A stretch of DNA of 64,000 bases from an uncultured candidate division Zixibacteria bacterium (GCA_963664195.1 OY760907.1:160001-224000), one strand, 5' to 3'. Positions 18,681 through 28,886 are shown, counted from the stretch's first letter. Program-made: numbers and translations. Notes: generated by a model from the sequence alone, not told the origin.

Positions 18681-21395
18681 CTACCGGTAATAGTCTATCT
18701 CCTCCGGCTCCACAGACAGAATCACCGTGCCGGTAAAACCGCTGGACCCCGCCGTCAACTGGTAGATATCCTGGTGATCAAAATCGTCTTCGTACAGGAC
18801 GTGCAGGTAGATGGGACCGTAGGTTGACGGTTGTCCGCTGCACCCGTTGATGCCGCCATTGGCCGTCAGTTCGAGCCTTACCTCATCGCCTGGCTCATTC
18901 CAGCCCGGACAATAGGTCCCCCAGTATTCACCGCTGGCCCGGTCGAATTCCTGGACCAACTGGCCACGCCAATAGAATCTCACAGTCACACAGGAAACGT
19001 CAAACGCGCCCTGTGTTGTGGATCCCGTGATGTCCGCATCGCTTCCGTTCAGCCAGAAGCTCATCTTACTGCCAAAGTTGACGTACTCCGCGCTAGACTC
19101 CGCCAGGTCGGCCATCACAAACGCATGGACTTCAGAAAGACAGGGTTGGTCAGAGATCACCTGTACGGTCACCTGTCCGTCCGCATCGGATATTCCTGAC
19201 GAGGCACTCAGCGATCCGCACGACGCATCGAATTCGACCAGTTTGCCGGGTACGGGGTCACCCGTCGGTTCCAAGAGGTCCCCCGGCATCCAGGTTTTGA
19301 GAGTCGCGGTGACGGTCGCGTAGCTGGTGCCGTCGGGGTTGACACGCTTCGGGGACACTTCAAGGAGCACAGCGTATACAGAAATATCTATCTCAACCGG
19401 ATTCTCTCCACACCCGATAGTAGCAACCAGCCCGGTTGAACCCTGCACCACACCGTGCACATCAACAGCCCTGGCTGTAAGCAGAACAGTCTCCCCCGTT
19501 TCAAAGCCGAACATGTTGCATTCCGAGTCGTGTGCAAACATCACAGAATCCGGAGCATGTGCGCCGCCGCTGTCGACCGTGACGAGAATATTCTCGGTCC
19601 CCTCCACAACGTCGCCGGCTGAGAACACCAGCCAGCCAAAGCAAATATCTTCATCGTTGCTATCGCACAGTAGATTCAAAGAATCCGTCGAGGTTGCCAG
19701 AACCGTACCGCCGTCGTAAGCAGTAGAGGCCAGAACGGCCTTCAGGGGCATCAGGTCCTCTGCGACCAGTCCGGTCGAAGGAGTGAAGTCGCCCGCGACT
19801 GAATCCACTGTCTCATCGTCGTATCTCAGTATGTACTCGATATTGTCTACCGTACCGTCGACTTCCTGGGGATAGTCAGTTACCGTTACCAGGAGATCAG
19901 CATCGCAGGTCGCCACATCAATGCTGTTCACACCGCTCCGGATCCCTTCTGTCACGCTACCGGCGCCGAGAGTGTTGTTTGATCCGTCTCGAGCGACGAT
20001 CCTCACGGTTGCCTCACCCGGAACGAGCCCGTCCACGTCGACCGTCTCCCCCGGAGTGAGCGAGCGAGTTGTCACCTGATCCGTGCATTCGTCGTGCGTG
20101 ATCGTCACGTCAATCCGGGAAGTACCGACTGGGAAGTCATCCACGGCCGCAGCTACCGTTCCCCATCCGGGCAGATAGAAGTCACCGTCGATATTGGCGG
20201 CTCTGTAGATGGCGTTTCCGCCGTGACTGTCAACCCACGTCCCTCCGCCGTCATCGATCAGTTTTGCCACAGCCTCTACATCGTTCCTTGTCTCCGCGGC
20301 AATCATATTGTCAATGAAGTTCACGAAATAGAGTTCACCATGATAGAAATTGGTCTTCCCGTCCCAGGCCATGATGCTGCCGACGTCCTGAGAGGCGGCA
20401 AGGTCATCGGTGATCTGCCAGGAGTTGCAGGAAGTCACGGAGACCATGGCGCCACTGGCTATCTGAAGCTGCTCGCAAAAGAGGTCCTCGCGTATCCACA
20501 CTTCCCGAACCATGCTGGAGTCCGCAGGTCTCAAACAGTAAGCCGAGATAAGGCGATGCTCCTGCCGGTACCATCTCTTGTAATCCTCCCAGCGCTCTTC
20601 AGTCACGTAAGGAGCATATCCCGTTTCGTACTTGCCGCCCCGGAAGCACTGCATATGATAGTGTTCGATACCGTCATTCCCAATCCACACTCCCCCGTGA
20701 CCTGCATACAGCGCGAGTCCGTATTGCTGTGCAGAAAGCAGGCTGTCAGGGAGGAAGCTCTTGTCGTCAAAGGAGAGTCTCGCCCGAATATCGACTTCGT
20801 CGTCACCCCAACCCATCTGCACCAATGATTCCTTGGTCCAGTCTATCATGCGATTGAACTCAGGATTAGTCCCTCCAGCCATATTCACGATCAGGACCTT
20901 GTGCGACTCCGGCATAACGAGATTCCCGCAGTCTATCGCCCGGCTCAAACCGCCAGCCAGCTGTCTTGACCGTTCGCCCAACACCTCGCCGGTGAGCTTC
21001 GGGGGAGGGACTGATCCTGTGTCCTGGGCAAAAACTTCATCAGTGATAAGTAGTGCCGTCGCGCCGTCTTCAAAGTCGATACTGACAGTCGTGCTGTCGG
21101 ATCCCAGCACCGCACGCTTGATCTCGCCCACCGCCAAGGTCAATGTGTCCACAAGCGCCTGGCGTGCCGCGATAGGATCGAGCGCATCGAGCAATCCAAG
21201 ATACATTGCACACGCCGTATCCATGGCGGCCGCGTCTTCATCCGGCAGAGCAATGGCATCCGCAGGCCAATTCGGACCGGTGGGAGTCGTCGGTTCGGTT
21301 GGTTTGTCTGAATCATCGCTGCCGCAACTGAAAAGCCCGACTCCTGCGAAGACGAGAAGGGTTGAGACAAGTACCGGTATCAGGGCGCGTTTCAT
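18681..21395 (-). CDS. Large lipoprotein with Big_1-like Ig domain and possible clan CD peptidase-like domain
   Basis: LFSC lipobox; LALYAGHGG and VSVTSCNS; ATVTATL...VPGKLVEF...SDADGQVTV. Confidence 0.75.
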   Translation of the reverse strand: MKRALIPVLVSTLLVFAGVGLFSCGSDDSDKPTEPTTPTGPNWPADAIALPDEDAAAMDTACAMYLGLLDALDPIAARQALVDTLTLAVGEIKRAVLGSDSTTVSIDFEDGATALLITDEVFAQDTGSVPPPKLTGEVLGERSRQLAGGLSRAIDCGNLVMPESHKVLIVNMAGGTNPEFNRMIDWTKESLVQMGWGDDEVDIRARLSFDDKSFLPDSLLSAQQYGLALYAGHGGVWIGNDGIEHYHMQCFRGGKYETGYAPYVTEERWEDYKRWYRQEHRLISAYCLRPADSSMVREVWIREDLFCEQLQIASGAMVSVTSCNSWQITDDLAASQDVGSIMAWDGKTNFYHGELYFVNFIDNMIAAETRNDVEAVAKLIDDGGGTWVDSHGGNAIYRAANIDGDFYLPGWGTVAAAVDDFPVGTSRIDVTITHDECTDQVTTRSLTPGETVDVDGLVPGEATVRIVARDGSNNTLGAGSVTEGIRSGVNSIDVATCDADLLVTVTDYPQEVDGTVDNIEYILRYDDETVDSVAGDFTPSTGLVAEDLMPLKAVLASTAYDGGTVLATSTDSLNLLCDSNDEDICFGWLVFSAGDVVEGTENILVTVDSGGAHAPDSVMFAHDSECNMFGFETGETVLLTARAVDVHGVVQGSTGLVATIGCGENPVEIDISVYAVLLEVSPKRVNPDGTSYATVTATLKTWMPGDLLEPTGDPVPGKLVEFDASCGSLSASSGISDADGQVTVQVISDQPCLSEVHAFVMADLAESSAEYVNFGSKMSFWLNGSDADITGSTTQGAFDVSCVTVRFYWRGQLVQEFDRASGEYWGTYCPGWNEPGDEVRLELTANGGINGCSGQPSTYGPIYLHVLYEDDFDHQDIYQLTAGSSGFTGTVILSVEPEEIDYYR

Positions 21396-21612
21396 GCGTA
21401 ACCTCTGGTTCTTTATTGTGATCTATTACCACTGCTCCGGGAAGTGGTACAAGGGCCTGGATCAAGTGATTCTAGTGAAGTTTCCGGCGAAAGTCAAGAG
21501 AGCGGCATTATAGTGGACACGCGTCACTGGCATAAGATTCGCGTCAGTTGACGTCTGGTTCCACACAGTGCATGGTAACGGCGAGAAGGAAGTCACCCCG
21601 TGCGGCAGATCA

Positions 21613-21795
21613 TTACTGCTTGAGATCGTACTTGTCTTTCAGCTCTGATTTCCGTTCATCGTCAAGAGACCCGACATAACCGCGCCATCCGGGACACCAG
21701 TTTATGTGCCACCGCCAGAGTCGGCCCATGATGGACCCGGGGCTTTTGTCGTACGCCGCCCGGAGCTTGCAATGCTCGCAATTGTGTTCTGCCAT
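21613..21795 (-). CDS. Small Cys/Trp-rich hypothetical protein
   Basis: 60 aa; CEHC...LWRWHINWCPGW. Confidence 0.7.
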   Translation of the reverse strand: MAEHNCEHCKLRAAYDKSPGSIMGRLWRWHINWCPGWRGYVGSLDDERKSELKDKYDLKQ

Positions 21796-21977
21796 TGTTA
21801 CTGTCTCGCTTTCCAGATTGCTTCGGAGGGCCTGGTGGGGACCCCCCCGCTATCGTAAAACCCTGCGGACGCCAAAAAAAACAGGTTTTTCTCAAAAAAC
21901 AACGAATCAATTAGCCCCTCCCGCTATCTAAGGAGAAATAACACTGCGTGGGCTTTTTGCCCAGGAGAGAAAGTACG

Positions 21978-22460
21978 ATGAAAAATCTCGTAATTAGTCT
22001 GCTAGTCGGTTTGTTAGTCGGCTCCCTTGTGACCGGCGTGGTCATTTGGAAGATTATGCCGGGGATGATGCTTGAGGTGAAAGAGAGCAATTATCCTCTC
22101 GAAGAGACAGTCTCCCGTATTGAACAGGTCGCAAAGGATAGCAACTGGCAGGTTCCGAAGATATACAATCTCCAGAACAGTCTTCACGAGGCGGGCTACG
22201 ACGACTTCGGCTCTCTCAGAGTATTATCAATGTGCCAGGCTGACCATGCCTATAAGATACTGACGGATGACAACAACAAGAAAGTATCGTCTATGATGCC
22301 TTGCCGGATCGGAGTGTACGAGGATTCGGACGGAAAAGTTTTCATATCGAGAATGAACATCGGCTTGATGAGCAAGATGTTCGGAGGAACCATCGAAACG
22401 GTGATGGGGAAAGTAGCTGCCGAGGAAGACCGGATGCTGGAGGGGATAATCAAGCAGTAG
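21978..22460 (+). CDS. DUF302 domain protein with N-terminal TM helix
   Basis: LSMCQADHA...MMPCRIGVYE; AGGAG before ATG 21978. Confidence 0.88.
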   Translation: MKNLVISLLVGLLVGSLVTGVVIWKIMPGMMLEVKESNYPLEETVSRIEQVAKDSNWQVPKIYNLQNSLHEAGYDDFGSLRVLSMCQADHAYKILTDDNNKKVSSMMPCRIGVYEDSDGKVFISRMNIGLMSKMFGGTIETVMGKVAAEEDRMLEGIIKQ

Positions 22461-22470
22461 AGAGCGCGTA

Positions 22471-22529
22471 CCGTGGGCGGCAGACGCCCTCGTCTGCCCC
22501 TGTTCCGTGGGCGTCTGCCGCCCACAAAA
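22471..22529. repeat. REP-like palindrome pair, copy 1
   Basis: 17-bp perfect inverted repeat GTGGGCGGCAGACGCCC (22473-22489 / 22509-22525). Confidence 0.85.
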
Positions 22530-22734
22530 TCGCTTCGCCAGCATCTCCACCAAAATAGTGGTATCGGTGCAGAATCCGGCATCGCATTGTCGAATCTACT
22601 TCAATTCACAGAGCGTCCCCAGACAGGCCCGAATGAACCGAGAGCCACCACTCAGGCCGACCATCCGATCAAGGAGAACCGTTTTCCGACAACTCCATGA
22701 TGCGCCAGAAGGTTAGGTATCGGCCCAGAAAGGA

Positions 22735-22753
22735 GCTGAGAGGTAGGGATTCG
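22735..22753 (-). repeat. Partial copy of a tRNA-Ser 3' end (att-like)
   Basis: gctgagaggtagggattcg matches 28621-28639 at 17/19, same orientation. Confidence 0.55.
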
Positions 22754-23218
22754 CCGAGTAGTGTTTCGGGTATCTTCCTGTGGCACATAGCAATACGCGC
22801 AATAGGCTGACATGCAGAGGTTTAGTTCGATTCAGTTGCGTTAGCTTGGTTCAACATACTTCGACTTTCTTTCACTTGGTTGTTAGAAAACCGTTAGAAG
22901 ATTTGCGGTTCACTCCGTGTACGACTTGATGCAGAACCCCACTTCTCCAACCTTGTCATTCGTTTCCGAGTGCAGTGGTCGGACTCAAGGCAATACCAGT
23001 AGGCGTCGGTTGAAACCGGTTGTCACTCAGAGTCCCGACCGTCCATGATTACTACACTCGCAATCATGGTGCTACTAGTCCGTCACAGACTATGTCACCG
23101 CCCCCCGGGGCAAGCCCGCGGGTCACCTGGCCGCCTATGCCCCTGAGAAACTGGGTGCGATTGCCGAGACACGCTGAAGGCATTCAAGGGGCACGCCAGA
23201 CGGATAGGCTAGCCCCCG

Positions 23219-23620
23219 TCACTTGGCGTGCCCTATCCCCAATACCTTTCCGTCTCTCTTCTGGATTTCGATGTAGGGAACACCACCAAGTGTGTTGGGT
23301 GACAAGCTGCCAGCTACGACCCAAAGCGAGTCCCCGAGTAACTCAGCTCTGAAAGGCTTCTTTTTGCATATCGACTTGCCATACAATGGCAGCCAAATGG
23401 CCTCGGCTATCTGTACGGCGGTAGTCTCATCAGGGACACAACCCTTCGCCGGCAAGAAGAGACTACCGGGCCTATGCTCATGGGGCGAGAGCTCCGGCAC
23501 CGCAGATGGTTCCTTGGCACATGTTACAGCGCCGGCAAGCAGAATCAGACAGATACCAAGCAGTGAAACAATCCTTCTCGCATGGGATGAAACTGACTTC
23601 ATAGTCACAAACCTCATCAT
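23219..23620 (-). CDS. NTF2-fold immunity protein (YbbC/YhhH-like), possible lipoprotein
   Basis: GCVPDETTAVQIAEAIWLPLYG...KPFRA...WVVAGSL...GGVPYIEIQKRDGKVL. Confidence 0.8.
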   Translation of the reverse strand: MMRFVTMKSVSSHARRIVSLLGICLILLAGAVTCAKEPSAVPELSPHEHRPGSLFLPAKGCVPDETTAVQIAEAIWLPLYGKSICKKKPFRAELLGDSLWVVAGSLSPNTLGGVPYIEIQKRDGKVLGIGHAK

Positions 23621-23654
23621 CTAGAATAAGTTGAATACCCAATCTACTAGCATT

Positions 23655-23936
23655 CCGTGGGCGGCAGACGCCCTCGTCTGCCCCTTTGCCAGCCGCATCG
23701 CCCCCCGGGTTTCTAGTGGTCGCTTGATTGTCACACATCCCTCCCGAATCATCGAGTGAATCTGATTGGTCTAAGATCGCCTTCAAAATACACAATTGCG
23801 GGTGATTGTCAATCGGGAAACGAATCCGCCAGGGGGGGAACCCTGGTGGTCACAAAAGGGAGAATGCGGTTATCCCCCACCCGAGGCACGGGTTGGCCAC
23901 CGGAGCTGTTTCCGTGGGCGTCTGCCGCCCACAAAA
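23655..23936. repeat. REP-like palindrome pair, copy 2, with about 225 bp between the arms
   Basis: 23655-23685 identical to 22471-22501; 23910-23936 identical to 22503-22529. Confidence 0.85.
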
Positions 23937-24042
23937 ATGCCTACTGCATCCATCAGAACCTCCCCCCTCCGAGTCCTAGATGTCAATACCTCTCTACATC
24001 CACTGTAGTCTGTAAGCGGCCGCGTAGTCCGTTGAACGGGGT

Positions 24043-24543
24043 TCACTCGTAATCGGGATACACGAACCCGTACTTGCCCGTTTGCATGCGATGCACAATA
24101 TCAGGAGGAGAGACTACTACACCTATCTCGGAGTTTCGGTTCTCACCCTTTAGCTCACCGACGTGATGGAATTCCTCGTTGACGGACCAGACGTACCAGT
24201 TGGATGACACTCTCACGGGGGCCTCACCCTCCTTGTGTCCACAGTCGTCAGTGTCTCTGAACAGTACGGAGGGATCACCGGTTTCGTCTACATGACCGAC
24301 CTTCTCCCAGAGGCCCATCTTAAGTCCCCATTGCACAATAACGTGAGCAAAGAAATCCACGTCGTCAGCCACGATCTCGGCCAAGTCAGGCATGACGTCC
24401 AACGGATAAGCCTTCTTGAAGGCTCGGATAACAGGACTATCCAGTTGGCTTCGGTCGATTTCGACATACTGAAAGCACTTCTTGATGTTGTCGTCTAACC
24501 GAACAGCGAACACATCACCTATCTTGACTCTGACTCGTTTCAT
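24043..24543 (-). CDS. Imm26-like immunity protein
   Basis: KIGDVFAVRL...FQYV...VIRAF...WEKVG; ATG overlaps the upstream TGA. Confidence 0.7.
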   Translation of the reverse strand: MKRVRVKIGDVFAVRLDDNIKKCFQYVEIDRSQLDSPVIRAFKKAYPLDVMPDLAEIVADDVDFFAHVIVQWGLKMGLWEKVGHVDETGDPSVLFRDTDDCGHKEGEAPVRVSSNWYVWSVNEEFHHVGELKGENRNSEIGVVVSPPDIVHRMQTGKYGFVYPDYE

Positions 24544-24690
24544 TGCAGTGGTATCCCGAATTGATGCCATTTGTCTGGCGCTATCGAATTTATCTTGTTC
24601 AGCAACTGTCCACCATGTCGTCCAAGACCGTATTGGTTGATTAGCATCTGCTCCATCACCCGGGCCTGAACCAGTGTCAAGGAAGAAGCG
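24540..24690 (-). pseudogene. Orphan C-terminal tip of a polymorphic toxin (GIY-YIG-like tail)
   Basis: QARVMEQMLINQYGLGRHGGQLLNKINSIAP; translationally coupled to the Imm26-like gene; no N-terminal half. Confidence 0.6.
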
Positions 24691-24693
24691 GTT

Positions 24694-25602
24694 TCAACCG
24701 AACCGTTTATGGCTTCTATCACTTCCCCAGTCATCTACACCATGAAGTAGAGCATGCTCTATTGCTCCCCTGAATGATCTCCCGACCGGCACCGGTATGT
24801 GAGCTTCATTGTCGATGTAGTGTAGTTCTTCGCCCCCGTTCCTTATCATGCACAAAACCCCTCTTCCCTGCACGTCTGCCAGCTTGACAACATACTCAGT
24901 TGGCGTAATGTACGACCAGATGTTGGACAACCCCAGTATTCTGACCCCACCTGACAACACAACCTGCTCGAATTGCGCTACAGTATCTAGGTAGTCTTGT
25001 GGAAATGGTAAGTCATGGAAATCCGCCAATCGATCTCGCTCGTTGCGCGGCAAAGAGCAAGATACATATGTGGCTTGGAAGTCGTTCGCCCAAGCCTTCA
25101 GCCAATCCGGCAAGACACTCGCATCATGAACTTGCGAGCTTGGGAACGGATCAACTTCGTTAGGATTGAAAAGCAACTTCGGTCTGCCCTGGACAGCTAG
25201 TTTCTGCCACTTGGGCTTCTTCTCGCCGAAGACGCTCTGAGGTCGTCTGTCGTAGAGAATCTCGCGAATCATACCTTCGCCTATTGCTATTTCTGCACGC
25301 AGATGCCTATCACCCTCTCGCTGCGATTCGGAGAGTGTCAGAGAGGCAATTGGCCTCGTTGGCCCACGATACCGAAAAAGCATCGACTGCTCCTGCAAGT
25401 TAGACCTCGAGTGTGAGAATCCAACCCACTGGTTGCCGAACAGATGTCTGCATCGCGAACCGTGATTTGCCTGGAACTGAAGTATGTTGCCTTGTTCTTC
25501 TGGGAGGCTCTCTGCTACAATATTCAGGACCAACTCGTCCAGGTCGTAGCACCGGTACGCTCCGAGCATCTTCAGAATCCCAGTAATGAATGAGTTCTCC
25601 AT
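24694..25602 (-). CDS. Probable immunity protein with C-terminal SMI1/KNR4 (SUKH)-like domain
   Basis: LPFPQDYLD...VRILGL...LHYID...VGRSFRGAIE; immediately after the Rhs CT. Confidence 0.65.
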   Translation of the reverse strand: MENSFITGILKMLGAYRCYDLDELVLNIVAESLPEEQGNILQFQANHGSRCRHLFGNQWVGFSHSRSNLQEQSMLFRYRGPTRPIASLTLSESQREGDRHLRAEIAIGEGMIREILYDRRPQSVFGEKKPKWQKLAVQGRPKLLFNPNEVDPFPSSQVHDASVLPDWLKAWANDFQATYVSCSLPRNERDRLADFHDLPFPQDYLDTVAQFEQVVLSGGVRILGLSNIWSYITPTEYVVKLADVQGRGVLCMIRNGGEELHYIDNEAHIPVPVGRSFRGAIEHALLHGVDDWGSDRSHKRFG

Positions 25603-25616
25603 TGACAGACTTTTCT

Positions 25617-26335
25617 CTAGTACCGATTGAGGTGAATCCCCGTCAGCCCCCAACCTAGGCCGAGAAGACCGCCCTTAATGGGAAGGGGGAGCCTATCGAT
25701 TGGAGCCACCGCACGCCAGAGGGAATTCGGGTTCCGTGGCAAGCCCTTGAGCAACCTCCAATAGTCGTGCCGCCAGTGGCGGAAGGGAGACACGTAATTG
25801 CCTCTCCAGATGCTTGGCTTATTGAACCACTCAAGTGCAGTGTTCTTCAGCCATCGTTGTGGAATCCAGTGCGAGAACTCCAATCCGGACCATGACCTCA
25901 GTTTTAGGTATCTTGTTGCCCTAGCCAGCGAGATCCGCATTCCGCCTCCGACTCCTGTCAGAGTGCTCGCTACGACGCCTCCCCATTCACCGGCTCTATA
26001 AGCGTACGAGCATTCATCAGTATAGTAGTCGCCACCATACCAATCAGTACCTCTTATCATTTTCGTGGTGCCAAGTGAAACGACATCCCCAAGACCTATC
26101 CAAAAGTGCGCTGCATCATGCCCAAACTCGCTCCAAGAGTATAACCCCAACAGGTCTCTTCTCATTATCGGATTCTGCCCCGCATAACTATAGAGATTTA
26201 TACCACCGGCAATCCCAATCGGATCCGGCGTCAAGTATCTGCCAAGATCAGGTCGGTAGTGCCGGTACATGTTGTAGTGATAGTCGACTCCCCTGTCATG
26301 GTTTTGACCTGGGAAGCGATGATTATTCTCCTCAG
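25617..26335 (-). pseudogene. 5'-truncated Rhs repeat-associated core plus C-terminal toxin domain
   Basis: NNHRFPGQNHD...HYNMYRHYRPDLGRYLTPDPIGIAGGINLYSYAGQNPIMRRDLLGL; CT contains EFSHWIP...GNYVSPFRHWRHD. Confidence 0.85.
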
Positions 26336-26997
26336 AAATCGTCTCGATCGATCTCGAAGCCGATATGATGTCGGTTGCCCACGTCGGCGACAGTCGCGCC
26401 TACAAGCTTGAAGAGAAAGAGCTTCGCCCGCTCACCCGCGATCACTCGTGGGTAGCCGAGACACAGGAGAGCCAGAACCTGTCCCAAGAAGAGGCCAGCT
26501 CCGTGGTAGGCAAAAACGTCATCACGCGGGCGCTCGGAGTCAGGGAAAACGTCGAGGTTGACTGCCGCGTGATACACGTCGCTCCGGGTGATGTCTTCAT
26601 CCTTTGCTCCGACGGTCTCTGCGGGTTCGCCGATGACGACGAGATATTCGACGTCGCCTCCAAATCGCGCAACAACCTCAAACAGATGAGCGACGATCGG
26701 GTCCAGATGGCCAACGACCGGGGCGGCTCGGACAACGCGACTGTTCTAGCGGTTGCCGTCGCCGAGGTCGAGAGTACGCCGCTGCCGGAGATTGAGGTTT
26801 TCACCCAGGAAACCGAGTCCGAAAAGACGCTGAAAGCGCAGGACGGCTGGCTAAGCAAGATGGCGGAATACGATGCCGTAGAAAGGCCGGAATCAGGAAG
26901 CAAACCTGAGTCCGGCGGCAATACCATGCTCCTGATCGGCATCTTTGTAATCTTCATCATCGTGGCGGTTCTCATCGTCTGGTGCCAGATGGACTAG
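26335..26997 (+). pseudogene. 5'-truncated PP2C/Stp1 Ser/Thr phosphatase with C-terminal TM helix
   Basis: AHVGDSRAY, LTRDHS, ITRALG, LCSDGL, GGSDNAT present; N-terminal NED and DGxGG motifs absent. Confidence 0.8.
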
Positions 26998-27060
26998 TCC
27001 GAGCAGCCGCACTTCCTGTCTGATTTCTGCCCTCAAACACGCAAACCCGTATCAAAACTA

Positions 27061-27090
27061 TTGACAAAAGCGCACTTGCTGTCGTACTAT
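27061..27090 (+). promoter_or_regulatory. sigma70 promoter of tRNA-Arg
   Basis: TTGACA-N18-TACTAT, 25 nt before the tRNA. Confidence 0.6.
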
Positions 27091-27114
27091 TGGGGCCTGT
27101 AACATATTGTTAAT

Positions 27115-27188
<74 letters not shown>

Positions 27189-27275
27189 TTTTTTTATTGT
27201 CTTGCAATGAGTTACCTAGTTTTCCAGCTCCACCGAAGCAGTGCAAACACCTTCTGATCTCAAGGAGACTGGAAA

Positions 27276-27990
27276 ATGCCTGATCTCCCTCATGTTCAGC
27301 GCTTGTACGATTTTGTCGACAGTATGTCTATGGGCCATAACTGGAAGGCATATATCGATGCCTTTTTGTGCGGCTGTCGAATGAAAAACCTCTCGCCCAA
27401 CACCATCAACGGCTATGCGGAAAGACTGGGCTATCTCGCCCGATTTCTCGACAACAAGGATATTGACATAGAGGACGTTGTCAGAGTCCATCTGCAGGAT
27501 TATGTCATGTCGCTGATCAACAATCCAAATGTCTCTGATTCCACGATCAACGGTCGAATCACTGTCTACAAGATATTCTTCAACTGTCTTGAAGACGAGG
27601 AACTTCGGACTAAACCGAATCCTGCCAGAAAGCTCAGGAAGATCAAGGCCCAGAAAGTAATCAAAGAGACGCTAACTCCAGAGCAAATCTCGGCTGCGGC
27701 TGCAACGGCCAATAAGAGGACTTTCATCGGCTACCGGAACTACTGCATGCTAATGCTCTTTGTTGACACAATGATCCGGCGCAATGAACTACTCACTCTC
27801 ACCATTGAAAACGTTGACCTCAAACATGGGTTGATTAAGGTGCTCGGAAAGGGCAACAGAGAGCGCTTCGTGGCCGTGGGGGCTGAAACACAGAAGATCA
27901 TGCACTTCTTCTTCCAACGCTGGCAGAAGGGACTGCCGGGTGATCGAGTATTCTGTACGCAACAAGGTCGACCTCTTGATAAGGACAATT
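27276..27990 (+). pseudogene. Tyrosine recombinase/integrase truncated by an IS3
   Basis: LSPNTINGY, TMIRRNELL (catalytic R), VLGKGNRER (K); no HxxR or Tyr box. Confidence 0.85.
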
Positions 27991-28135
27991 TGAGGTTCCC
28001 CCGAATTAGTGGACACATGAAGAAGCCATGGCATATTGGTTTCAGGAGGCGTTCAGATGGCGAACGATGGAACTCGACGACAATACGATCGGGAGTTTAA
28101 GCAGGAAGCGGTGCGGCTGAGTCATGAGTCTCACC
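27991..28135 (+). mobile_element. IS3-family left end and OrfA fragment
   Basis: TGAGGTTCCCCCGAATTAGTGGACAC IRL-like; AGGAGG then ATG 28057 MANDGTRRQYDREFKQEAVRL. Confidence 0.8.
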
Positions 28136-28621
28136 GTAGCGAGTCGGGCCGAAGGAAATCAGAAGGTGGCTCGAATAATGAAGAATCGACTTTGTCTATG
28201 AACCTGCGGCAAATGGCCGGGTGGCCCGAGGCTTGCCTCGGGTTTCTAGAGGTCGTACCCGTCGATTCCCAACTCCACATCTTCGTTTTCGTGATACTAG
28301 TTATGACTCGACCAACGCCAATCTCCCGGACTTGTGGCGAGGACTATGCGTCGGAGTTTCGGCATGGGGACAATGTAGTATGGACATGACGGTACATCAA
28401 CAACAAAGTCTTCGAGAGACCCGGGGCAAGCCCACGGGCCACCCAGAACGAAAGTTGCCAGCTACCTTGGGCCACCCGGCCGAGCTCAAACCCTAAGCGG
28501 CCGTCAATTAAGGACAGGTCCGGACCGGGCCGTCAGATAACAGAATAGTCCGAGGACATGGGTAACAGTATACTGACCGTATGCGCGAATCGGGGAGGGC
28601 CGCCACCAGACACATAAAAAG

Positions 28622-28711
28622 CGGAGAGGCAGGGATTCGAACCCTGGATAGAGGTTATACCCCTATAACGGATTAGCAATCCGCCGCCTTCAGCCACTCG
28701 GCCACCTCTCC
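28622..28711 (-). tRNA. tRNA-Ser(GCT)
   Basis: GGAGAGG/CCTCTCC stem, GCGGA-TT-GCT-AA-TCCGT arm, long variable arm, GGTTCGAATCC. Confidence 0.97.
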
Positions 28712-28811
28712 GGCTCATGAGAATTGCCAACACTTGGAGACGAACGTCCCCAAGCGGGCAGGCATAAATATATATCGATCCGGCCCGAGGGCAAGCAAAT
28801 TCTGTCAAATG

Positions 28812-28840
28812 AAAAACCCGGCAGGAGAACTCCCGCCGGG
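28812..28840 (-). terminator. Intrinsic terminator after fapA
   Basis: CCCGGCGGGAG-TT-CTCCTGCCGGG followed by TTTTT. Confidence 0.75.
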
Positions 28841-28886
28841 CCAACTCAATCCCCCCCGGTAATCAGGGGACGAATCAATCGATCAC

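Noticed and set aside
21511..21520. TAGTGGACAC shared with the IS3 left end
   Set aside because: Only 10 bp, with no flanking similarity
22471..23936. Repeats as a CRISPR array or integron attC sites
   Set aside because: Only two copies with irregular spacing, no cas genes, no RYYYAAC/GTTRRRY cores
23006..24701. 13-bp inverted repeat TCGGTTGAAACCG / CGGTTTCAACCGA as possible inversion sites
   Set aside because: Short and self-palindromic; a match of this length is plausible by chance and the enclosed genes keep the array orientation
28140..28540. Short ORFs between the IS3 stub and tRNA-Ser
   Set aside because: No motifs; probably island debris
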